64,000 nt of DNA from an uncultured Acidobacteriota bacterium (GTDB taxonomy: Bacteria; Acidobacteriota; Terriglobia; UBA7540), in assembly GCA_963804995.1 (NCBI GenBank), contig CAWDSK010000005.1, positions 864,001 to 928,000 on the forward strand, in the 5' to 3' direction. The notes beneath the pieces were generated by a model. It made no database searches, was not told the DNA's origin, and worked only from the letters and a program-made list of their open reading frames with translations. Positions 37,437 through 47,801 of this stretch are shown piece after piece; positions within the stretch are counted from its first letter, which is position 1; each line of letters begins with the position of its first letter. Position numbers and translations under genes: made by a program.

Positions 37437-40088
37437 ATGCGGAAATCATTTTACAAATTGTTGGCGATCTGGGTGACGCTGGGGACGAGTCTCACTTTTG
37501 CCCAGGCACAGGACGGCCAAAGCAATCGACAGATTTTGCGCGCGGGGTGGAGCATTCAGTCTTCTGCGCAGGTGCAAGATAAACCTGAAATCATCTCGAC
37601 AACCGGATTCAGTACCAAGGGCTGGTATGGCACTTCCCTGCCTTCCACTGTCCTCGCGGCGTTGGTTGAGAACAAAGTTTATCCCGATCCCTACTTTGGC
37701 CTGAATCTAAAACTCATCCCTGGAAGCATGCTGGTGGAAGATTTTGTGAATCTTCCCATGCCCCCTGAAAGTCCCTTCCGGGTTCCCTGGTGGTACCGCA
37801 CGGAGTTTCAGGCGCCCGCCGAATATCAAGGGAAGCAAGTGTGGCTCAACTTTGACGGAATCAATTACCGGGCGAATATCTGGATGAACGGGCGTCAGAT
37901 CGCCGATTCCAAAACGGTGGCCGGTGCGTTCCGGGTTTATGAGTTCAATATCACTCAGAACCTTAAGCCCGGAGCAATGAATGCCTTGGCGGTCGAGGTC
38001 ACTCCTGAGCAGCCTGACGATTTGGGGTTCAATTGGATGAATCTCGGTCCCGACCCTCCGGACAAGGACCTGGGGATTTGGCAGGATGTCTTCATCATTA
38101 CCACGGGCCCGGTGGCCCTGCGTTACCCTCAAGTGATTTCCCACCTGGATGTGCCTTCGCTCGATGCGGCGCAACTTATCGTAAGCGTGGACTTGCACAA
38201 TCCGACCTCACAGCCTGTAAAGGGTGTCTTGAAAGGTCAGATTGAAAGTATTCAGTTGGAGCAGCCCGTCGAACTCGGGGCTGGGGAATCGAGACGGGTG
38301 GCGTTCACTCCCGAGCAATTTCCCCAGCTCAAGATTGCGCATCCTCGCGTCTGGTGGCCGTGGCAGATGGGCGCGCCGGAGCTCTATCAACTGAAACTCC
38401 AGTTTGAATCCGGCGGCCAGATCTCTGACCAGGGCGCGGTCGATTTTGGTATTCGAGAAGTCACCTCAGAAAAGAACGACAACGGCGATCGCTTGTTCAA
38501 AGTTAACGGCAAGAAGCTATTGATTCGTGGCGCGCTGTGGTGGCCCGACCTGATGCTGCGATCCTCCCCGCAACGGCAGGAGGACGAGATTCGTTACGTC
38601 CGGGATATGAACCTGAACACTCTCCGCATGGACGGGAGGTTTGAGGACGAGCACTTCCTTGACCTGAGCGATCGGGCCGGCCTCATGCTGATGCCCGGTT
38701 TCCCTTGCTGCGATCATTGGGAAGAGTGGAGTGAATGGACGGAGGAGAATTACAAGATCGCACCGGAGATGCTGCGCGACCAGATCCGCCGCTTCCGGAA
38801 CCATCCGAGCGTTCTGACTTGGTTAAATGGCGACGACAATCCACCGGCGCCCGAGGTTGAGCGGACGTACATCAAAATCCTGGAAGAGGAAAACTGGCCA
38901 AATCCCTATCAGTCGCACTCCGGCAGAAAACGCTCAGCGGTGACCGGGGCGGCGGGTTATAAGCACGGCCCGGACAACTATGATCCGCCCAACTACTGGC
39001 TGCTCGACCACAAAGAGGGCGGGGCGTGGGGTTTCGATACTGAGTGTTATCCCGGACCGACCATACCTCCTATCGAAAGTCTGCGGAAGTTCATACCTCA
39101 AGACAAATTGTGGCCGATTAACGAGGTGTGGACTGCGCACGGCGACGGCTCAACGGAACGCCACGAATTGCAGGTTCATCTGCAGGCTCTGAAGTCGCGC
39201 TATGGCACGGCGAAGGGCGTGGAGGATTTCGCCGAGAAGTCGCAGGTGATGAATTACGAAGGCGAGCGCGCCATGTATGAGGCCTACAGCCGGAACAAAT
39301 ACGTTGCCACAGGAATTCTGAACCACGACTTGAACAACCCCTGGCCCTCCCTGGTCTTTCACCTCTATGACACCTATCTCCGCCCCGGTGGCGGCTATTT
39401 CGGGACCAAGAAGGGCTGCGAACTGGTGCACATCCAATACTCCTACGACGATCAATCCATCGTGGTGGTGAACTCAACCTACCACGCACTTAGGAATCTG
39501 AAGGCGAAGGTGGAAGTCTACAATCTGGATTTGACCAAGAAATTTGAGAAGGAAACCACGGTGGACGTTCCTGAAGACGGCGTCACCAGGGTGGTGACCC
39601 TCCCGGAACTGCCGGGATTGTCAGTCACATACTTTGTGCGCCTCACCCTGCAAGATACCGCGGGCCGCGAGCTGAGTTCGAACTTTTACTGGCTCTCTAC
39701 GAAGCAGGATGTTTTGGATTGGGAACACGCGAGCCAGGGCACCGGCGCCCCCACGCTCTCCTATTCTGACCTGACGGGGCTCCAGAACTTGCCCGCTGTA
39801 AAGCTAAAGGGCAAGAGCCGCACCGAGCGTAAAGGCGATGAAAATCTCACCACGGTCACAATTGAGAATCCCACGAACAATCTGGCCTTCTTCGTGCACT
39901 TGCGGGTCAACAAGGGGTCGCACGGGGAGGAAGTGCTTCCCATTATCTGGGGTGATAATTATTTCTCGTTGCTGCCGGGAGAAAAGAAGGAAATCACGGC
40001 CAGCTATCGGAAAACGGATTTGCAGAACGCTACGCCAGTTGTGGAAGTCGATGGATGGAACGTCTCCAAGGCCTCTCTCGGGCGGTGA
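37437..40088 (+). CDS. GH2 glycoside hydrolase, exo-beta-D-glucosaminidase-like
   Basis: WWYRTEF, FDGINYRA, PDKDLGIWQDV, GFPCCDHWE, RNHPS, DNYFSLLPGE; signal peptide. Confidence 0.88.
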   Translation: MRKSFYKLLAIWVTLGTSLTFAQAQDGQSNRQILRAGWSIQSSAQVQDKPEIISTTGFSTKGWYGTSLPSTVLAALVENKVYPDPYFGLNLKLIPGSMLVEDFVNLPMPPESPFRVPWWYRTEFQAPAEYQGKQVWLNFDGINYRANIWMNGRQIADSKTVAGAFRVYEFNITQNLKPGAMNALAVEVTPEQPDDLGFNWMNLGPDPPDKDLGIWQDVFIITTGPVALRYPQVISHLDVPSLDAAQLIVSVDLHNPTSQPVKGVLKGQIESIQLEQPVELGAGESRRVAFTPEQFPQLKIAHPRVWWPWQMGAPELYQLKLQFESGGQISDQGAVDFGIREVTSEKNDNGDRLFKVNGKKLLIRGALWWPDLMLRSSPQRQEDEIRYVRDMNLNTLRMDGRFEDEHFLDLSDRAGLMLMPGFPCCDHWEEWSEWTEENYKIAPEMLRDQIRRFRNHPSVLTWLNGDDNPPAPEVERTYIKILEEENWPNPYQSHSGRKRSAVTGAAGYKHGPDNYDPPNYWLLDHKEGGAWGFDTECYPGPTIPPIESLRKFIPQDKLWPINEVWTAHGDGSTERHELQVHLQALKSRYGTAKGVEDFAEKSQVMNYEGERAMYEAYSRNKYVATGILNHDLNNPWPSLVFHLYDTYLRPGGGYFGTKKGCELVHIQYSYDDQSIVVVNSTYHALRNLKAKVEVYNLDLTKKFEKETTVDVPEDGVTRVVTLPELPGLSVTYFVRLTLQDTAGRELSSNFYWLSTKQDVLDWEHASQGTGAPTLSYSDLTGLQNLPAVKLKGKSRTERKGDENLTTVTIENPTNNLAFFVHLRVNKGSHGEEVLPIIWGDNYFSLLPGEKKEITASYRKTDLQNATPVVEVDGWNVSKASLGR

Positions 40089-40193
40089 GTTGCAATGACA
40101 GATGTAGCGCCCGCCTACCGGCCAGGTCCCCGCTACACTTGCTGACCGGGGCTGCCGGCGGTGAGAAATCCGCCTGGCGCAGAATAAATCTCA

Positions 40194-40946
40194 TTACCCT
40201 TTAAGCAGCGCGCGGGCATTGCCCTCCAGCACCGCCTGGGCTTGGTCCTTGGGCAGGCCGGCTTCCGTGATCTTCAACAGCGCGGAATCAAAGTTATAAA
40301 AGGGATAATGGGAACCGAAGACAACCCGCTCCGCAGATACTTGGGAGACCAGGCTCGCGACCCCGGCCACTCCTTCCACCATGGAAATATCAACATAGAC
40401 TTTGCCGGCCTGGGTTAGCCCCCGCCCGCTGTGGCCGGTATTGAGCAATACCACGCGCAAGTCCGGGGTGCGCTTGATCAGATCCGCCAGGGGGCGGGGA
40501 TTGGCCGGCGGCACCTGCATCAGGGGGAACTGCGTGCGCAGGTCTTCCATGCCGAGCGCAATCTGGACCAGCAGCTTGCGGTCGTCCGCCAGCGAGAAGA
40601 GTTCCGCCACCACGGGATCATCCAGCGTGTAAGCATGATAGTCAGGATGCAAACGAATACCCGGCATCTTGTGAACTTCCTGACACCGCCTTAAATCTTC
40701 CTTCCAATCCGGCTGCTTGGGATTGACAGTGCCGAAGGGCACCAGGAAATTCGGTCCGTGCTGGCGGCAAGCGGCAGCCAGACGCGCATTCACGCCTTCG
40801 ACATCACGGTGCAACAGTCCCTCGAAACTGCCCGCCCAGGCTTGGGTCACGCCCTTCTTGCGCAGCCTTGCCACGAGGTCAGCCGGGTCGTCACCTTCCA
40901 GGCGGCGGAATGGCCATTGAAACAGATCTACGTTGGTATCGATCAT
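40194..40946 (-). CDS. Amidohydrolase-fold protein type B (degenerate metal site), copy 1
   Basis: IDTNV in place of DxHxH, GIRLHP, FGSHYP. Confidence 0.8.
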   Translation of the reverse strand: MIDTNVDLFQWPFRRLEGDDPADLVARLRKKGVTQAWAGSFEGLLHRDVEGVNARLAAACRQHGPNFLVPFGTVNPKQPDWKEDLRRCQEVHKMPGIRLHPDYHAYTLDDPVVAELFSLADDRKLLVQIALGMEDLRTQFPLMQVPPANPRPLADLIKRTPDLRVVLLNTGHSGRGLTQAGKVYVDISMVEGVAGVASLVSQVSAERVVFGSHYPFYNFDSALLKITEAGLPKDQAQAVLEGNARALLKG

Positions 40947-41926
40947 ACTTTTACCCCTTTCGCCTGGAGAACAGGTTGCAACAGGCGGCGTAAGTTTTCA
41001 CCCAGAACCAGATGGCGTGTGGAGTCAGGAATGTCGGCGGCCATCACCTTGCCGAGCTGCGAAGCGAAGCTACGCCCGCCCACGTCGCTGCCATACAGAA
41101 CCCGCTCCGCGCCCAACTCCCGAATCGCCATTTCCGTGTAGCCCGCGGTGGGATCGGAGCCGCACAAATCACCGTAAAGATTCTTCACGTCGCGGATGGC
41201 GCGGATTCCCAATTCCCAATTGCCTCCAATGTGCCCGCAGAAGATGGTCACGGAAGGATGGCGGCGCGCAAGTTTGACGAGGTCCAGGGGCGTGGATTCG
41301 CCCACCTCATTCCCCATCGTCTTGATCCAGGTGTGATGCATGACCACGGCTTTGAGCTCGCCGGCGCGGGCGATGAGGGCATCCATCTCCGGCGTGTCGG
41401 CGCATTGCGGTTGGCCCAACTCAAACTTCAGGCCGATCATGGGGCCATCGCGCACACAGCGATTCAACTCGTCCAGGCAGGCCTGCGGATGATTGGGATT
41501 CATGTAAGCGTAGCCGAAGACACGCCCCTGCGAGTGGCGGATGGCTCCGAGAACTTGATCATTCTGCTCCCGCATTTGGTCCGCCGTGCCGCGGAAGTTA
41601 AAGGGATAGCCCAGGAACGTGCAGAGGCGCTCGATGCCCATGCGGTCGGCGAAACGGAGCATGTCAGTCACCCGTTCCGCGGGCGTCGTGCCCCCGAAGC
41701 CCTCGAGGTGGGAATGGCCGTCCCAGATGTGGTACGACTTGAGGTTGATTTCTTCACCCACCCTCGCACCCCCGTGCAGGGGCACCTGCGGGGGCGGCGG
41801 CGTCTTCGTTTGCCGGTCCAAATTGAATTTGCCAAAAGCCGTGCCACCCAGCCCCATGCCAGCAACGCCCAGCCCGGCGGAAGTCCGCTGCAAGAAGCAA
41901 CGGCGAGACAAGGTGCCGTCTTCCAT
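40943..41926 (-). CDS. Tat-signal amidohydrolase type A, copy 1
   Basis: SRRCFL; WDGHSH, MHHT, CGH, YGSD. Confidence 0.88.
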   Translation of the reverse strand: MEDGTLSRRCFLQRTSAGLGVAGMGLGGTAFGKFNLDRQTKTPPPPQVPLHGGARVGEEINLKSYHIWDGHSHLEGFGGTTPAERVTDMLRFADRMGIERLCTFLGYPFNFRGTADQMREQNDQVLGAIRHSQGRVFGYAYMNPNHPQACLDELNRCVRDGPMIGLKFELGQPQCADTPEMDALIARAGELKAVVMHHTWIKTMGNEVGESTPLDLVKLARRHPSVTIFCGHIGGNWELGIRAIRDVKNLYGDLCGSDPTAGYTEMAIRELGAERVLYGSDVGGRSFASQLGKVMAADIPDSTRHLVLGENLRRLLQPVLQAKGVKV

Positions 41927-42104
41927 ATCCCATCCCCTTAAAAAGATCACCAGCAAGGCGCAAAGAAACTAAGCGGATTCGGAAAGCGGGAGGCAGCATC
42001 CGCAAACGGCAATGTCATGCCTTCTCTTTTGAATGCCGACTTTCCTTTGTGTCTTGGTGTCCTCGTGGTGCATCTTGTGGTTCCGGATTCCCGCGGGAAT
42101 TCTA

Positions 42105-42878
42105 TCATCCCTTGAGCAACGTGCGAGCGTTTCCTTCCATCACGGCCCTGGTTTGATCGTCCGGCAAGCCTGCTTCCCGAACCTTCAGGAACGAGGATTC
42201 AAAGTAGAAAAAAGGATAGTGCGAGCCAAAGACCACGCGCGCGGGCGAGGCTTGCTCGACCAGGCGCGCCACGCTTCCAATTTCATCAGAGTTAGCAATA
42301 TCAAAATAGATGTTACCTGTTTGAGCGAGTTCGTGGATGTGCTCGGTTGTGTGGACGCCATGATACCCGGCGTTGAGGAGCACCAGGCGCAGTTTGGGCA
42401 GGCGTTTGGTGAGATCGAGGAGGGGGGCGGGATCCACCGCCGGTATTTGCATCAGGGGATACTGCATGCGTTCGTCTTCCATGCCCAGCGCAATCTCGAC
42501 CAGGAGCTTGCGGCTCTCCGCAAGCGCCAGCACCTCAGCGGCTACCGGATCATCCAGCGTGTAACCGTGATAATTCGGGTGCAAGCGGATGCCCGGCATC
42601 TTGTAGATTTCCACGCAGCGCCGCAGGTCTTCCTGCCAGCCGGGCTGCTGGGGATTGACGGTGCCGAAGGGAATCAGGAAATTTGGCCCGTGCCGGCGGC
42701 ACGCGTCCGCCAAGCGCGCATTCACCCCGGATACGTCCCGATGCAGCAGACCTTCGAAACTGCCGGCCCAAGCCTGCGTCACACCTTTCATGCGCAGGTT
42801 CGCAACGAGGCTGGCGGGGTCATCACCTTCCAGGCGGCGAAAAGGCCACTGAAACAGATTCACATTGGTATCGATCAT
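42105..42878 (-). CDS. Amidohydrolase-fold protein type B, copy 2
   Basis: Close paralog of 40194-40946. Confidence 0.8.
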   Translation of the reverse strand: MIDTNVNLFQWPFRRLEGDDPASLVANLRMKGVTQAWAGSFEGLLHRDVSGVNARLADACRRHGPNFLIPFGTVNPQQPGWQEDLRRCVEIYKMPGIRLHPNYHGYTLDDPVAAEVLALAESRKLLVEIALGMEDERMQYPLMQIPAVDPAPLLDLTKRLPKLRLVLLNAGYHGVHTTEHIHELAQTGNIYFDIANSDEIGSVARLVEQASPARVVFGSHYPFFYFESSFLKVREAGLPDDQTRAVMEGNARTLLKG

Positions 42879-43849
42879 ACCCGCACCCCTTTCGCGGTGA
42901 GGATCGGACGCAAGGCCCGGCGGAGGTTCTCCCCCAAAATCAGCGGGCGCGCGGACGGAGGAACATTGGCGCCCATCACTTTGGCCAGTTGCGACGCAAA
43001 GCTCCGCCCGCCAATGTCGCTGCCATACATGACATGCTCGGCGCCCAGTTCACGAACCGCCATTTCCGTCCACCCGGAGGCAGGACCAAACCCACCCAGA
43101 TCGGCGTAAACATTCTTCAAGCCACGAAGGGAAGGAATTCCGAGCTCCCAATTGGCCCCGGTGTGCCCGCAGACGATGGTCACGGAGGGATGGCGGCGGG
43201 CCAACTCAGCGAGTTCCACGGGCGTGGATTCCCCCACATCATTCCCGGTGGTCTTGATACAGGTGTGGTGCATGACAACCGCCTTCAACTCACCCGCGCG
43301 CGCGATGATCGGATCGAGTTCGGGCGAGCTGGCCAGACGCGGTGTGTCCCACTCAAACTTCAAGCCGACCATAGGGCCGTCGCGAACACACCGATTCAGC
43401 TCGTCGAGGCAGTCATCGACGTAGGAGGGATCCATGAAGGCGTAACCCAGGGCGCGGCCGTGTGAGTATTTCAGGGCCTCCATGACCTCATCGTTCTGCT
43501 TGCGCATGGCCTCCGGACCCACGTGGAACTTTAGTTCCATTCCCAAGAACACGCACATCCGTTCGATGCCCATGCGGTCGGCGTAACGGAGCATGTTCTG
43601 CATCCGCTCCGCTGGCGTCGAACCTTCGAAACCCATCAGGTGGCAATGCCCATCCCAGATATGCAGGGACTTGAGAGTGTTCATATCAACCAATCCCGTG
43701 GTCGGGGACAGGGAGGGTGAAGACTGTTCCATGGCCTCCCCGCCCGAGTCAGGGTAGTTCGACCCAGCCACACTGCGGGCGGCAACGCCTGAAACAGCGA
43801 GCCCTGCGGATGTCCGGTACAAGAATTGACGACGAGAAAAGTCTTTCAC
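42875..43849 (-). CDS. Tat-signal amidohydrolase type A, copy 2
   Basis: SRRQFL; WDGHCH, MHHT, CGH, YGSD. Confidence 0.88.
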   Translation of the reverse strand: MKDFSRRQFLYRTSAGLAVSGVAARSVAGSNYPDSGGEAMEQSSPSLSPTTGLVDMNTLKSLHIWDGHCHLMGFEGSTPAERMQNMLRYADRMGIERMCVFLGMELKFHVGPEAMRKQNDEVMEALKYSHGRALGYAFMDPSYVDDCLDELNRCVRDGPMVGLKFEWDTPRLASSPELDPIIARAGELKAVVMHHTCIKTTGNDVGESTPVELAELARRHPSVTIVCGHTGANWELGIPSLRGLKNVYADLGGFGPASGWTEMAVRELGAEHVMYGSDIGGRSFASQLAKVMGANVPPSARPLILGENLRRALRPILTAKGVRV

Positions 43850-43962
43850 GTTTGACCCTCCCTGCCGGGCTAATACGGAGTTATTCTCGATGGCATTTCA
43901 TTCGCCATCCAGAGAAGAACCCACGGTCAGCACGGCACTGACCGTGGCTACCAGATCTGGCT

Positions 43963-46173
43963 CTACTCTACGACGGCGATGGAATAAACATTCTCACTCA
44001 GTACTTTCGAGTCCTGCGTAAGCGTCAGAACCAGTTGATAGGTGCCCGGGGAAACCTCAGCGGGGAGGGTCGAATAGAGCTTCGGGAGTTGCACCACTCC
44101 GTCCGAAGGAATCACCTCTTTGGGTTTTCCGCTTGCGAGTGTGAAGTCCTTTCCCTGGCCTCGCAGATGGACTTCATAGGTAGCTCCGGCAAGTTCACGG
44201 TGTTCATCGTTAATGACCCATAAATCCAGGGGAATGCCTAAGCCCACCTCAGCGACGTGTTGCGGGTCCTTGCCTTTGCTCCATACGGTTCGGGCGAGAT
44301 CGGCTTCGATCAGCACGGGCTGAAAGGTCTGCTGGATTGCGTAGTAACCCAACTTGGGTTTGCGTCCGTAACTGACGACGGACCAGGTGATGGCCGGCCA
44401 GCAATCGATAAACTCGAACTGGAAGAAGGAGCCAATGCGCGTGTATTTGGCGCGGCGGTAATGCTCAATGGCGTATTTCAGGAGGTCCGCCTGGTAGCGT
44501 TGCGAGTTGTCCACAAACTCCGCCCAGCCTGTGGGCATGGGGAGTTTCGCGTCCCGGAACGTCTGTTCATACTGGAAATCGTGATAGGCAAGCTTGTCCC
44601 AATCGGGCGGCCACGCGTCGCCAAACATCTCGCGCACTTCTTCGAGCGAGGGCAGCGCCTGCGCCCCCAGTTCAGAAATGATGGGTCCACGAGGGGCCGT
44701 AAGATAGTTGTGGAAGTCGTTTTCATACCAGCCATCGTAGATGTGCTCATTGAAGGCCGAGACCGGGCGGACCGGACGCGAGGAGTCCTCCTGCGCGCCC
44801 ACCCGCGCCAGGAAAGGATCGAGCACATTCACGTTGTACGCCGTAGATTCATTCTGGCAGACCCAGGTGATGATGCACGGATGGTTGTAGAATTGCCGGA
44901 TCATGTCGCGAAGCTGGCGCGCGGCTTCCTGCATCAAGGTGTCGGAGTGAGTGTAATCCCATTGCAGGGGAAAGTCCTGCCAGGCCACAATGCCGGCGCG
45001 GTCCAGTGCTTCGTACAGTTCGTGGCGGTTCATGTGCACGCACACCCGCACTCCATTCACGTGCGCGTCGCGCAGCAGCTTGATGTCCTGGGCAATCAGT
45101 TTCGGCGTGTAATGCGCCAGCCACATGTCAGGCACGATGTTGGTGCCGCGAATGAAGAAGCGGACGCCGTTCAGCCGCCACTCGCCGGTCTTCTCGTCGA
45201 GCGTGATGGTGCGCACGCCAAACACAATATCGCGGTGATAAACCGGCTCGCCCTGCGCGGTGAGGGTAAGCTTAGCAGTGTAAAGGTAGGGGTCCCCCAG
45301 GTCCCACGTCCACCACAGGTGTGGCTGCTCGAGAGGAAGCACCAGCACCACGGTTCCGTCGGTAGTCGTGAGGTCTACCGGAGAGGTCACGGTGGCCCCG
45401 CCCGCCGCGATGGTCAGACTGTAGTGTCCGGCCTGGGCGGCATGGACCTCCGCCGTGATGAAAATCTTGGCATCGACACCTTCATCCTTTTCGTGCCCAG
45501 GCGTGAGTTTGCGATCGTAGAGAAAGGGCTGGATCTTCACGTCGCCCAGCCACGCCGTGCGCCGCACCTCAAGCTCCACGCTATTCCAGATGCCGGCTGA
45601 GGTCCCTTCCTGGCCGCTCTTCATCAGCACGCTGCCCGGCTTACAATCCCAATGCGAGAGCACGCCTTTGATCATGCGCTTGTGGTCCGGCCAAACCGTG
45701 TCGGGTTCTTCAAACGGCGCGTCCACAGTGACCACGAGATGATTGTGGCCTCGCTTGATTTGGGGGGTCACGTCGAACTCAAAGGTCTGGAAATAACCTT
45801 CATGGTGGCCCACGGAGGAGCCATTGAGCTCCACGTCTGCAAAGTAATCCACGCCATGAAAAATCAGGAAAACACGCGCGCCGGCGGCGGGCGGCTGGTC
45901 GAAATCAAAGTCGCGCTCAAAACGCACGCGCCCATTGAAATTCGCGAGGCCGTTCAAATGCCAGTTGGAAGGAATCGCCATCTTCCCGGAGGGTGGCAGG
46001 TTTGATTTGTCATCGACGATCGAACCATCCGCCTTAAGGGTGGTGCGGGCCAGGGGTTGATAGTTCCAGCTTCCGTCGAGCCCGACCGGCTCGCGAATTC
46101 CCACATCCTTGGCAGGGACGCGAGTGGTGGCCAGGAGCAAAACGAATAGAAGAAGAGCAAGCTTGTGGCGCAT
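43963..46173 (-). CDS. GH2 glycoside hydrolase, beta-mannosidase-like
   Basis: FHGVDY, HEGYF, HWDC, GIW, WQDFPLQW, NHPCIITWVCQNE, ISELGAQ; signal peptide. Confidence 0.88.
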   Translation of the reverse strand: MRHKLALLLFVLLLATTRVPAKDVGIREPVGLDGSWNYQPLARTTLKADGSIVDDKSNLPPSGKMAIPSNWHLNGLANFNGRVRFERDFDFDQPPAAGARVFLIFHGVDYFADVELNGSSVGHHEGYFQTFEFDVTPQIKRGHNHLVVTVDAPFEEPDTVWPDHKRMIKGVLSHWDCKPGSVLMKSGQEGTSAGIWNSVELEVRRTAWLGDVKIQPFLYDRKLTPGHEKDEGVDAKIFITAEVHAAQAGHYSLTIAAGGATVTSPVDLTTTDGTVVLVLPLEQPHLWWTWDLGDPYLYTAKLTLTAQGEPVYHRDIVFGVRTITLDEKTGEWRLNGVRFFIRGTNIVPDMWLAHYTPKLIAQDIKLLRDAHVNGVRVCVHMNRHELYEALDRAGIVAWQDFPLQWDYTHSDTLMQEAARQLRDMIRQFYNHPCIITWVCQNESTAYNVNVLDPFLARVGAQEDSSRPVRPVSAFNEHIYDGWYENDFHNYLTAPRGPIISELGAQALPSLEEVREMFGDAWPPDWDKLAYHDFQYEQTFRDAKLPMPTGWAEFVDNSQRYQADLLKYAIEHYRRAKYTRIGSFFQFEFIDCWPAITWSVVSYGRKPKLGYYAIQQTFQPVLIEADLARTVWSKGKDPQHVAEVGLGIPLDLWVINDEHRELAGATYEVHLRGQGKDFTLASGKPKEVIPSDGVVQLPKLYSTLPAEVSPGTYQLVLTLTQDSKVLSENVYSIAVVE

Positions 46174-46392
46174 GACGAGACTTCTCCTTTGGACGGAGAG
46201 CGATTGCGAGGCGAGGGTCGCAGCGCAGGATTGTAACGGATTTACAGCTGCAGCGATAGGATTACAGTTTGAATGTTGGTGGTGGGTCAGTTTGGCTAAT
46301 TTCCAGCAGGCAGGGGCCGGTTGTAGGATCCAGTGGGGAAGGCCCCAACTCGAAATGATGTTGGACCTGATTGAGGAATTGGACCGGGAGAA

Positions 46393-47792
46393 CTATCTGC
46401 CAATACACTCCCCGCCTGCTGCCGTGAATCGGGTGCGCAACTGAGGGGTCAACGCTTCGACAGACTCGGCTCTGCCGCTGAATACGGACGCAAGAATCAT
46501 CAACCCAAACAGGGTGTCTTCCTCGAACGGTGTGAGCCGGTACGGGGTTTCAAATCTCTCGCGAATGATTTCCCGCAGCACCCCGAGCTTCGAAGCAAGT
46601 CCGCCTGAGAACAACAGCTTCTTCCACGATTTCTCCGGCCACAGTTGTTGTGCGTAGTCGTAGTAATTGTCGGCCATATTTTTGAAAGCCGCGCGAAACA
46701 GATGCCCGACTGTCAGATTGTTTCCATGAATATTCGAGATTTGCCCGCGATCCCCGCGCGGGTTGGGAAAGAAGCTGAGATTTACTTCCAAATCCGTGTC
46801 GGTTATTGCCGCGGCTGCCTGCGCAATCGATTTCCAGGGATCCTCCAGGTCAACACCCTGGGCCTTCGCTAAATCGCCTAGCAGATCCACAAGCACATTC
46901 AGTGACCGCCCCGCCGGCGCACCGGTAAAAGTATTGAGGAACTTTCCATCGAAGAAGGGGCGGGTCTGGTAGTCGCCCGGGGTCAAACTTTGGGTCATCC
47001 GGCTGACCTGCGAGCCGGTGGAGATATTCAGCGAGATTTCCTCCGGGCCAAGCAGCGCCCCCAACAACGCACCCTGATAATCCCCTATGGGCGTGTAACA
47101 AGGTAAGCGCGTGCCGCCCGCGATCAGATTCCCCACCACTTCGCCATGTTCGCGTATGACGGGCCACGCGAGGCCGCTCAAGCCCATCTCCGCGATGATC
47201 TCGTGGTGCCAGCTTGAGGTGGGGCGAGGTTCAGCGCCCCATGAGCGGCGGCATTGGTTAATTCCGTTGCGGGAGGCGCATCGCACAAAACGCTGAGTAC
47301 ATAATCCGGGATCGAGGCAGGGATGAGACCTGTCGCAAGCTTGCCTTGTTCCGCGAGCCAAAAAAGAAAACAGACCGGTCTTCCCGGTTCCAACTCGTTT
47401 CCCGTTTGCATTACGAACTGGGGATTCAGTCGCTCGAGAAGAACCTCAAAATAAGATCCCTTGCCGGAAGGATGCGGCGCGACCGCGCGTTGATCGCGCC
47501 ACGACACGCAGTTTGACATCGCCTCGCCACGGGTGTTCATCAAAACCACACCGTGCATTTGCGAGCACATGACAATCCCTTCGCAATTCCGCGCCTGAAG
47601 GGAAAGCTGTTCGATCAACGCTCGCGTGGCGGCTACTACCTCTCGGGGATCGAACTCGCACTCAAAGGGACCCGCAGCCGCCAGCGGAGCGGGGAAGGGG
47701 ACGCGCTGGACATGCTCCAACTGCCAGGCCTCCAGATTCAAAACACCGCCCTTGATGAACAACGTCCCGAGATCGATCCCGATGAATGACAT
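46393..47792 (-). pseudogene. FGGY-family carbohydrate kinase with a frameshift near 47220
   Basis: N-half GIDLG, QMHG, SWRDQR in one frame; C-half WHHEII, GDYQ..LG, NISTGSQ, SGG in another; switch occurs in a short C-run (CTCGCCCCACC). Confidence 0.8.
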
Positions 47793-47801
47793 ATCCGCCG
47801 C

